Shown piece by piece: positions 45,095 to 52,363 of a stretch of 52,363 nucleotides of DNA. The notes under the pieces are model-generated. The model did no database searches. It saw only the letters and a program-made list of their open reading frames with translations, and was not told the DNA's origin. Each line of letters starts with the position of its first letter. Positions within the stretch are counted from its first letter, which is position 1. Both the position numbers and the translations under genes were made by a program. Source of the DNA: a virus (lineage: Duplodnaviria > Caudoviricetes); IMG/VR virus record IMGVR_UViG_3300022177_000001, positions 1 to 52,363 of that record; one strand, given 5' to 3'.

Positions 45095-46040
45095 TGCTGA
45101 CCTCCAAAAGAGATGGCCTTGACGACTCCATTTCGATGGCCCGCAGGTTCTTCACGGCCTGTGCAAAGTATTCCGGCTTGAGTTCAATCCCCACGGCCTT
45201 GCGCTTGCGCGAGACGGCCCCGTAAAGCTCCGAACCGATGCCCGCGAACGGGGTGAAAACGACTTCTCCGGGAAGGGTCCACAACTCGATGGCGCGTTCG
45301 ATCACGTCCAGTTGAAGGGGGCAGAGGTGTCGTTCGTCTTTCTCGCTTCGGGCCACTCGGACGTTGAGCGTCCTGGTTTGGTTGATGTCGAACCAGACCG
45401 GAGAGGCGTACCGCTGCCACACGTCGATGCTCGTTTGCATCGGGACCACATCGCCACGGGATGGCGTCGGATCACCAGTCCCAACATATTCTGACGGGTC
45501 AAGTCCTCCCGGACGATGGACTGGAACGTCTTCGCCAGGGGCGCGAAAAACCAGAAGCACGTCAGATATTCCCTGACGAACCATCGCAGAGTTCTTGCAA
45601 AGCTGTTTGTGAAGAAGCCCAACGGATTTCGTGCGCTGCATCTCCACTACGGGGTCTTTCCATATCGTCACACGGGAATGATAGATCCACCCATGGGATG
45701 AAAACAGGCGGATCAACTCGCCGGGGAAGTCCTTCAACCCCACGTTGCCGTCCTTGTACTTGAACATCGGCAGGTCTGAGCAATGGACAGCGCACAACCT
45801 GCCCGGGCGGGTAACGCGCAAGAGTTCAGGGACCAGGAACCCGAAGTGCTTGTAAAACTCGTCGTCCGTGGCGCAGTTCCCCATGTCGCGCTCGGAATCC
45901 GAATAGACGAAGATGGACGAAAACGGCGGGGAGAAAACCGAAAAATCCATGCACCCGTCAGGGATTCCCTTGATGACCTCGCATGAATCCCCAAGGTAGA
46001 TTGACCAGTTCTTGCCGTGGGCCTGATTTTCACATTGCAT
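45087..46040 (-). CDS. DNA methyltransferase (N4/N6 type)
   Basis: FSPPF catalytic motif, H.CPLQ and PFAGIGSE SAM motif. Confidence 0.92.
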   Translation of the reverse strand: MQCENQAHGKNWSIYLGDSCEVIKGIPDGCMDFSVFSPPFSSIFVYSDSERDMGNCATDDEFYKHFGFLVPELLRVTRPGRLCAVHCSDLPMFKYKDGNVGLKDFPGELIRLFSSHGWIYHSRVTIWKDPVVEMQRTKSVGLLHKQLCKNSAMVRQGISDVLLVFRAPGEDVPVHRPGGLDPSEYVGTGDPTPSRGDVVPMQTSIDVWQRYASPVWFDINQTRTLNVRVARSEKDERHLCPLQLDVIERAIELWTLPGEVVFTPFAGIGSELYGAVSRKRKAVGIELKPEYFAQAVKNLRAIEMESSRPSLLEVSNA

Positions 46041-47415
46041 GGCTATCGCTCCTGATAAAAGACGGCAGTTTTATTTGCTGAATAGGTCGGTATTCTTTTA
46101 ACTCGCGTCGTCTCGCCACAGACAAATCATGCCCGACCTCGCGCATCGCGTCGGCCATGGATTGATGCTGCACTTCTTTTGATTGTGCGACCTCGAAAAC
46201 CGCCGACTCACGGCGGGTCATGACAACGTGATCCTCGACTTGGCGTTTTTGGCCGAAACGCCAGCAACGGCGGATTGCTTGGTATCTGGACTCAAAGGAA
46301 TACGAAGGCCCGACAGTGGCGATGTTTGCGCAGTGTTGCCAGTTTAACCCCCATCCCGCGATTTTGGGCTTGGTGACGATGGTGCGAGCGCCCCCGCTGC
46401 TAAACGCCGCGAGGTTGTCCACCTTGCGCTGTATCGGCATAGACCCTTTTACCTCTACGGCGTCGGGTATGCGATTCATGAGTTCGTCGGACTCCGCGTC
46501 CGTATGGCACCACACAACCCACGGCTCGGTTGATTGATTGCAAAGGATGGCCACCTTTTCAGCGCGCTGCGGGGCCGTTTCGCGAAGTTCTTGGTGAAGC
46601 GCCGTCGCGGAAAGCTTCTGCATGTTGACCAGCGTACCTTGGCCGTCCTTAAACTCATCCACAGCGACAACGTGTTGATGCGTAACAAGAGGCGGGAGGA
46701 CAAAGGCGGACCCATCGAAACCAAGATCGGCCGGCGTCTGGATGCAAACAGCCCAAGATCCAACCCACTGCCAGAAATCATACGCGGCGTGCTTCTTGAG
46801 CCGATACGATCCGGCATCAAATCCGTCGTTGACGAACCACCGGGACTGCATTTCCTGGAGAGAGAATAGCCCAAGAAATTCAGAGTGATTGCCAAGTTCA
46901 CACAAATCGTTCGGGGCAGGCGTAGCCGTGCATGCAAGACGATATGGGACGCATGAAAACATCTCGACCAAGAGTCGTTTCGTCTTACCCATGAACGCCT
47001 TTAGAATCGACGATTCGTCGAGCACGACGCCCCCAAACTCCCGAGGGTTGAAATGCTCCACCATCTCATAGTTTGTGACGTAGACGCCGGGCGAGGTGAC
47101 TCCCTGTTGCCCGCGAACCTGCGCCACGGGGAGGTCAATTTCCATGCCTTCGGCCACGGTTTGCGCGCCAACTGCAAGCGGGGCAACGATCAGCACGGGG
47201 CGGCCAGTGTGATGAACGACTTGACGCGCCCACTCCAATTGTTGCCTCGTTTTCCCAAGCCCGCAGTCCTCAAAAAGTGCGGCCCGACCCTTGCGACATG
47301 CCCACTCGACGATGGCGCGCTGCCAGTCAAAAAGGGAACAATGCATTTCTCCAGGGGTAAAGCCGACTTCGCCAACCCGCACATGCTTCGATTTGATAAA
47401 GTCCTGGTATTTCAT
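46030..47415 (-). CDS. SNF2-like helicase
   Basis: GLGKT, LDESS, TATPAPND and QA.RR.WRFGQ motifs. Confidence 0.92.
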   Translation of the reverse strand: MKYQDFIKSKHVRVGEVGFTPGEMHCSLFDWQRAIVEWACRKGRAALFEDCGLGKTRQQLEWARQVVHHTGRPVLIVAPLAVGAQTVAEGMEIDLPVAQVRGQQGVTSPGVYVTNYEMVEHFNPREFGGVVLDESSILKAFMGKTKRLLVEMFSCVPYRLACTATPAPNDLCELGNHSEFLGLFSLQEMQSRWFVNDGFDAGSYRLKKHAAYDFWQWVGSWAVCIQTPADLGFDGSAFVLPPLVTHQHVVAVDEFKDGQGTLVNMQKLSATALHQELRETAPQRAEKVAILCNQSTEPWVVWCHTDAESDELMNRIPDAVEVKGSMPIQRKVDNLAAFSSGGARTIVTKPKIAGWGLNWQHCANIATVGPSYSFESRYQAIRRCWRFGQKRQVEDHVVMTRRESAVFEVAQSKEVQHQSMADAMREVGHDLSVARRRELKEYRPIQQIKLPSFIRSDSHAM

Positions 47416-48434
47416 CCCACCCTCGCCACGAGCACGCCGGGTTGCGGCTGCTTCAGCGGCCACGGCCCTTTGCCCTTGAGGTCCAAGCCGAAGGCGCTCA
47501 TGAAGCCCTGCGCGCCGATGCGCTTACGGGTTCGGTCTTTGGAGTCCGTGGCCCTGACACCGTGGCCGCTGGCCGGGGAATCCTCGGAGAATTTGAAAGC
47601 GACGGATTTGCGGTCGGCGCTGGCAAAAAGTTCGACGTAGGCGAACCGGGCGAGGCCGAAGGTTTCAATGGCCCCGGTGTTGAAGCTGAACACCCTTCCG
47701 GACTGGACAGAGAGAAGCGGCGTCGGACTGACTTTGGCCCTGGTGGAGGTGAACGCCTCAAACTCCATGCCGTCGATGACCAGGGGCCCGGCCGTCTCCG
47801 GCCAACCCTGGCAGGCGTCGGGCAAAGGATCTTCATCACCAACAAGCTGTCCCTCGGGCGGCACGGACTCCGGCACGGTGAGCGCGGAAAAGGTGTTCAC
47901 CAGGGGGCGCAAGCCTTCCGCCGTGGCGTTCAGCCTCTCCCCCGCCTCCTCGACGCGCGGGCCGACTTGCTGGCCGTCGTCGAGCTCCTGCGTTTCCTGG
48001 ATGGCCGCGACGGGCTTGGGCGGGGCATCGGGCGCCGGACCAATCACGCGGGTCTTGCGCTCCTCTTTCGCAGCCTCCCGAATGGCCTCCTGACATTTGT
48101 AGCAGCGTCCGTTCTTGTCGAGCTTCACGCCGGTCTTTCCACACGAGCAGTCGCCGTATTTGTCCTTGTAACCCATGGTTTCCTCGGCTGTTGGATTTTT
48201 CTCCACGGCCCTCTTCCCCAAGCTGCACCCGCAGTCCCGGGCGCAAACCGGATGGCCGCCCAAAAACCGCTCCAAGCACTGGGCCAGCGTCAAGCGGCCC
48301 TGGCCACGGACACAGTTGAAGGGCTGTCCCTTCGCCATGGCCCGGCCTGTGCCCTCGGCGTCAGCCCCGGCCTGATTCATGGTCGGCTGGTTCCCCAAAA
48401 TCAGGGCCGTGATGTGCGGCTGGCCTTCGATCAT
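47412..48434 (-). CDS. Hypothetical protein with Cys clusters
   Basis: Overlaps both neighbours by 4 bp. Confidence 0.65.
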   Translation of the reverse strand: MIEGQPHITALILGNQPTMNQAGADAEGTGRAMAKGQPFNCVRGQGRLTLAQCLERFLGGHPVCARDCGCSLGKRAVEKNPTAEETMGYKDKYGDCSCGKTGVKLDKNGRCYKCQEAIREAAKEERKTRVIGPAPDAPPKPVAAIQETQELDDGQQVGPRVEEAGERLNATAEGLRPLVNTFSALTVPESVPPEGQLVGDEDPLPDACQGWPETAGPLVIDGMEFEAFTSTRAKVSPTPLLSVQSGRVFSFNTGAIETFGLARFAYVELFASADRKSVAFKFSEDSPASGHGVRATDSKDRTRKRIGAQGFMSAFGLDLKGKGPWPLKQPQPGVLVARVG

Positions 48435-48967
48435 TGCCGTCCCTCAAAAATTTCGACCTTCACCCATTTCCCACCCTTGTACATCTGCCCGGCAATCGGC
48501 TCCAAAGCGCCCATCAAGCGCGTGGCGGCGTCGCGGACTTCGCGGGCATGCAGCAAGATATCGTTCGCCTCTTGCGGCGACGTGTGGCCGTCGGCCATGG
48601 CCTCGGTAGTGGCCCGGGCGGTGTTCGCAAACGATTCGGAGAGGCGGCAGAACTGGCCGGGAACGGACGTTGGGGCTTCCACCGGAAGGATTTCGACCTG
48701 TGCGGCCAGCCAGTCGAGAAGAAAGGTGTTGCCGAGCGCATTGCAAATTTCGACGACTTCAAGGATGTCCGGCAGACGATCCTGGTGTTCGGCAAAAAGT
48801 TTTTTGACCACGGAATGATGGATGCCCATGCGCGTCGCGATGGTGCGATAATCCAGCCCTGACTTGATTTTCGCCTGTTGGATGGCCGCGCCGACGGGCA
48901 TTGTTTTCAGGTCGAGTTCCATTTGATACCCCTGCATTCCTTGAAGTTCCTTGAGGTCCGTGAGCAC
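48431..48967 (-). CDS. Phage regulatory CII-like protein
   Basis: IA..MG HTH, LL.WL..Q, DG.....E pattern; downstream of cro. Confidence 0.65.
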   Translation of the reverse strand: MLTDLKELQGMQGYQMELDLKTMPVGAAIQQAKIKSGLDYRTIATRMGIHHSVVKKLFAEHQDRLPDILEVVEICNALGNTFLLDWLAAQVEILPVEAPTSVPGQFCRLSESFANTARATTEAMADGHTSPQEANDILLHAREVRDAATRLMGALEPIAGQMYKGGKWVKVEIFEGRQ

Positions 48968-49459
48968 TCGTTTATGCTCTCTGCATGGAAAACAATTTAT
49001 CCGTCACCTGCGAAGTCCTGCCCGGCGCAGTCCTTGTCACGATGCGCGTGATTCGGGCCGCCGAAATCTTTTGGAGGCGCTTCCCTGTTCCGCCGGGCAC
49101 AAGCCTGGAAGCGATGCTTGCGCGGGCCTCGGGCATGGTGGCTGAACGCTGGCCCGGGAGCGTGATGTACCAGCTTGCGCTCCCCGAAATGGGCATAAGC
49201 CATGAAACTCGAACCACGTCCTGAGCAACCGCCCTTCGGCCCGAGTTTCGGCCCCGCAGATCGTGCAACGGTGCATGTCGCCCGACTCGATGACGTGGGC
49301 CGGGCGGGAAACGGGGTCATGATAGATGCGTCCGGTGCGGTCGTGGCGCATGATTCACGCCTCCTGGGGTTGGGAGTTCAAACCAACAGCCTTGACAGAG
49401 CGGCAAGGCCGATGGACACGAGGGTTGCAAGGAAAAGCCATTCTTTGGAGGTCATACCT

Positions 49460-49909
49460 ATGCCCCTCGACTTCGTTCATGTTTACGGCCCAATTGCCTC
49501 GTGCGTTGCAGCCGTGGCGGCCCTGTCCGGTGGCGTGTTCGCCTTCCTGAATTGGGCGCGGAACCGGAGCCAGGATAGGCCGCGAGTCCGCCTTGACCGG
49601 ACAAGCCCGATTTCCGGCATGATCGAGACGAAAATTCACATCGAGAACCGGGGGCAGAAAGATATCCTGGTGACGACCGTAGAGCTTCAATGCGGAACCT
49701 TCGCCGGGCAAAGCGAGCATGACACTCTTGGCGGCGTCGCCGGGTATGTCAGGACGGAAGAGACGCGAAAAAGCATCTCCCTTTTGGTCCCGTCCGGCCT
49801 CACGAAGTCCGCGCCTGTGCTTTTTCATACCGATGCCCCGTTGATTCATGTGTTCCTGGTCCGTCGCCATAAGGATTATGCGGCCGTTATCAGCGCGCAC
49901 CAAGGATGA
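49460..49909 (+). CDS. Membrane-anchored moron protein
   Basis: GGAGG RBS, N-terminal transmembrane helix, Ig-like I.N.G motif, upstream TTGACA. Confidence 0.65.
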   Translation: MPLDFVHVYGPIASCVAAVAALSGGVFAFLNWARNRSQDRPRVRLDRTSPISGMIETKIHIENRGQKDILVTTVELQCGTFAGQSEHDTLGGVAGYVRTEETRKSISLLVPSGLTKSAPVLFHTDAPLIHVFLVRRHKDYAAVISAHQG

Positions 49910-49995
49910 TGCACAGATTGGCGACGAGGTTGGAAAGCTGGCCGAGGATGACGCAGATCATCGTGGCCGCGGCCAAGGGATGGTCGAGAAGGTCA

Positions 49996-50220
49996 TCAAA
50001 CATTGGGGGCCTCCTGGGGCTGGGCGGGGGCGGGGAGAGGCTGGCTTGCGCGCACCCTGGCCGCAGCCTCGGCAATGGCCTGGAGGGTCCACTTGTTTTT
50101 GTGCTCTCCAGCCCGGACGCGCCGATAGTGTCGTCCGTCCATCCCAAGGATGGCCGCAACACGAAGGTGGGAGCCGTAAGCCTCGCGCAGGGTGGTGAAA
50201 TCCTCTTCGATTGTGCTCAT
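49996..50220 (-). CDS. Cro-like repressor
   Basis: YGSH..VA..LG...R.YR.VR HTH; divergent from the repressor-like gene. Confidence 0.7.
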   Translation of the reverse strand: MSTIEEDFTTLREAYGSHLRVAAILGMDGRHYRRVRAGEHKNKWTLQAIAEAAARVRASQPLPAPAQPQEAPNV

Positions 50221-50228
50221 GGCGATAA

Positions 50229-50249
50229 TTTAGGGCAATCCACCCTAAA
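50229..50249. promoter_or_regulatory. OR-like operator overlapping the cro promoter
   Basis: TTTAGGG-N7-CCCTAAA within minus-strand TTGCAT-17-TAAATT. Confidence 0.75.
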
Positions 50250-50314
50250 ATGCAAGCGGGAATTTTGGGGGAAATAGACCTTGAAGGTTTGGCCGCCCAT
50301 GGTATGGGCAAAGG

Positions 50315-50647
50315 ATGGATATTATGTGCCAAGCAATTTTAGAGGTTATTTACCAGGAGGCCCCTGGCGTCCCGACCCTAAAGCGTGAAGGGCGCGGGCG
50401 GCCCGGCTCAGACCCATTCAATGTCTCTGCGTTTTGCAGGGCCATGTGGGGGAAGGCGGATAAAACGAGGTGGGATGCAATCAAGTCCAATCCAGAAGGG
50501 ATTACGTTTTCAGAGGTTTTACGGCTAAGCGAGGTCCTGAAGAAAAACCCAGAAGACACTTTTTTTGACTTTATCGCAAAAGCAAGGTCTGTGGCCAAAG
50601 AAATTGAAAAGCGCCAGCCCCCTAAAAAGCTCCCTGTCTCCGCGTAA
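50315..50647 (+). CDS. Putative immunity repressor (XRE-like HTH)
   Basis: Divergent from cro; IT..E...L...L pattern; no peptidase domain. Confidence 0.55.
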   Translation: MDIMCQAILEVIYQEAPGVPTLKREGRGRPGSDPFNVSAFCRAMWGKADKTRWDAIKSNPEGITFSEVLRLSEVLKKNPEDTFFDFIAKARSVAKEIEKRQPPKKLPVSA

Positions 50648-50735
50648 TTCCGGGCGGGGGCCGGGGTTCAGATAGGCAAAAAAATTTTCCCCAACGTCCG
50701 CAAATTGTTTGCATACCAAAAACGGAGGGAATGAC

Positions 50736-51167
50736 ATGAGCAACAACCCCCTTGTGTCTTTGGAAAAGAAAAAGTGCCGATGCGGCGAACTGGCGAAAAT
50801 ATTTTTTATTTCGAGCTTGCCGCTTGAACCTGGATGGTTTGCTGTAAACGCCTACATCAATCGCGACGAAAAGAAACATCTTCCTATCATCCCACATCCG
50901 TTTTCGCAAAGCGAACTACGGTTTTTGTCTTTTTTCACTGTTTGCGACGAATGTGGAAGCGTTTCGCAGTGGGTTTTGTCAAAGGAAGAGCTTGACGCGC
51001 TATACGAAACAAACATTCAAGAATTAGGATACAGATTGGTTGACTTGACGAATCTAAAATGGGTTGAATCCGTATATAAAGACTATGGCGGAGAAAAAAT
51101 GAGATCAACAATTATTGAAATCGCCAAGTCAATCCAGTCTCCGGGGACCAAAAATGAAACCCCATGA
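50736..51167 (+). CDS. Hypothetical protein with CxC and CxxC motifs, low GC
   Basis: GGAGG RBS; immunity-region accessory gene. Confidence 0.65.
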   Translation: MSNNPLVSLEKKKCRCGELAKIFFISSLPLEPGWFAVNAYINRDEKKHLPIIPHPFSQSELRFLSFFTVCDECGSVSQWVLSKEELDALYETNIQELGYRLVDLTNLKWVESVYKDYGGEKMRSTIIEIAKSIQSPGTKNETP

Positions 51168-51261
51168 CCAACGACTCATTTTCGCGCTTATGAGCCTGCC
51201 TCCGGATCGCGGGGTTGACGCTGACGCCATGCCATCTTATGATTTTGGCGGAGGCTGTGAC

Positions 51262-51546
51262 ATGGACACCAGGGTTGCTAAGCTAGAGGCTTTTGCCGAG
51301 TCTTCGGACAGACGCCTGTCCCTTATTGAGCAGGACATAAGGCAAATTTCTTCAAAAATGGATAAACATTTCATTATCTTCGCCTCGACCGTCGCTGTTC
51401 TTTTCTTGGTGTTGGCCGGAGCTATGTGGCAAGGATACACCAAACTTGAAGAGAAAATATCCGCAAGCGAAAGTCGGTCAATTGCCAGCTTTGACAAGGT
51501 TGAGGCCAAGTTAGACACGCTGCTAGACCGACTTCCTAAAAAATAG
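51262..51546 (+). CDS. XhlA-like membrane protein
   Basis: GGAGG RBS; M..RV.KLE coiled coil plus a single transmembrane helix. Confidence 0.65.
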   Translation: MDTRVAKLEAFAESSDRRLSLIEQDIRQISSKMDKHFIIFASTVAVLFLVLAGAMWQGYTKLEEKISASESRSIASFDKVEAKLDTLLDRLPKK

Positions 51547-51711
51547 TCCGCACCCAATCGGGTGATTAAGTCCTTGGGGTTCGTCCGCAAGGCCGCCGCG
51601 CACAGGAGAACGCAATCCAACGCGGCGCAAGCTTTAAGGCCCGCCCACGCGGGCCTTTTTCTTGCCATCCCGCCAGGGCGAACCACCAGCCAACCACCCA
51701 GCCCCCCCCCG

Positions 51712-51733
51712 CCGCCGAAAGGCGGTTTTTTTT
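51712..51733 (+). terminator. Rho-independent terminator
   Basis: CCGCC-GAAA-GGCGG followed by a long T run. Confidence 0.85.
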
Positions 51734-51748
51734 GCGCTCAATTTTTTA

Positions 51749-51805
51749 TTTTGGGCAAAAAACCCAAAATTCATCTGGACAATTTAGGGTGAATCGCCCT
51801 ATATT
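51749..51805 (+). promoter_or_regulatory. OL-like operators and early promoter
   Basis: TTTTGGG-N7-CCCAAAA and TTTAGGG-N7-CCCTATA around TGGACA-18-TATATT. Confidence 0.7.
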
Positions 51806-51870
51806 GCCATCAACGACGAACGCGGCCCACGGGCCGAAGCGGGAATCTCAAAAACACGGGGAGATATACA

Positions 51871-52363
51871 ATGTCAAAAAACAAGAAAAAGCCTGAAGCG
51901 CAAACGGTGACGGGCTTCAAGGGTTTCGACAAGGACTTGCGGTGCCGAGGGCTCCAGTACGAAGTGGGGCAAACGCACGAGCACGACGGAGACTTGTCGT
52001 TATGTGAATCCGGCCTCCATTTTTGTGAGCATCCTCTCGACTGCTTTAGCTACTACCCTCCCGCCACCAGCCGGTATTGCGAGGTGTCCACCGATTGCGC
52101 CTCAACCGAGAAGAGCAACGACACAAAACGAGTCACGAAGAAATTGACAATCGGGGCGGAAATTTCCCTCGCCGGGCTGGTTAAGGCGGCCGTTGCCTAC
52201 ACATGGGAGCGTGCCACGCTTGAAGATTCCGCGTCCGCCACGGGGCCACGGGGAGCCGCGTCCGCCACGGGGCCACGGGGAGCCGCGTCCGCCACGGGTG
52301 ACCAGGGAGCCGCGTCCGCCACGGGGCCACGGGGAGCCGCGTCCGCCACGGGGCCACGGGGAG
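51871..52363 (+). CDS. Conserved phage early protein (YKGF/C..GLH.C family) with SATG..GAA repeats, truncated by the window
   Basis: FKGFDKDL.CRG.QYEVG, C.SGLHFC..P and K....K.TI..EI. Confidence 0.85.
   Translation, partial: MSKNKKKPEAQTVTGFKGFDKDLRCRGLQYEVGQTHEHDGDLSLCESGLHFCEHPLDCFSYYPPATSRYCEVSTDCASTEKSNDTKRVTKKLTIGAEISLAGLVKAAVAYTWERATLEDSASATGPRGAASATGPRGAASATGDQGAASATGPRGAASATGPRG
52229..52363 (+). repeat. 27-bp coding tandem repeat, at least 5 copies
   Basis: CCGCGTCCGCCACGGGGCCACGGGGAG with one variant unit encoding GDQ. Confidence 0.95.

Larger units (their letters stand above)
130..52363. mobile_element. Prophage (HK97-like head, long non-contractile tail); right end beyond the window
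   Basis: Contiguous tail, head, packaging, lysis, replication and immunity modules in lambdoid order. No sheath gene. The left boundary is approximate. Confidence 0.95.

Noticed and set aside
48972-49351. Overlapping small ORFs on both strands
   Set aside because: One is probably real, but I could not decide which from sequence alone.

Overview
The window is almost entirely one temperate siphovirus-type prophage with an HK97-like head, lying on the 5' side of an intact tRNA-Thr(CGT) gene. The prophage runs past the right edge and no integrase is visible. From right to left it carries an immunity region with palindromic operators, an early/replication operon (SNF2 helicase, DNA methylase, initiator with iterons, primase-helicase, SSB, RusA), a lysis cassette, packaging and head genes, tail genes with a 3040-aa tape measure, and several morons. 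The most notable element is a self-contained module at about 27226-29980. It has two arrays of 36-nt units (9-nt repeat TGCGAGCCA, 9-nt spacer, 9-nt repeat TGAAACCCA, 9-nt spacer; 9 plus 11 units) flanking a gene for a nuclease-less Nop/IS110-like protein with a Zn-ribbon insertion. The module has its own promoter, terminator, divergent XRE regulator and two co-transcribed genes. This matches a TIGR-Tas-type RNA-guided system. Other highlights are two type I-E CRISPR-like repeats behind an orphan operon (possible anti-CRISPR locus), glycosyl- and methyltransferases inside the virion operon, a PLA2-like gene in the lysis cassette, and an arc-ant-like module. All calls come from reading motifs by eye; no database search was run.
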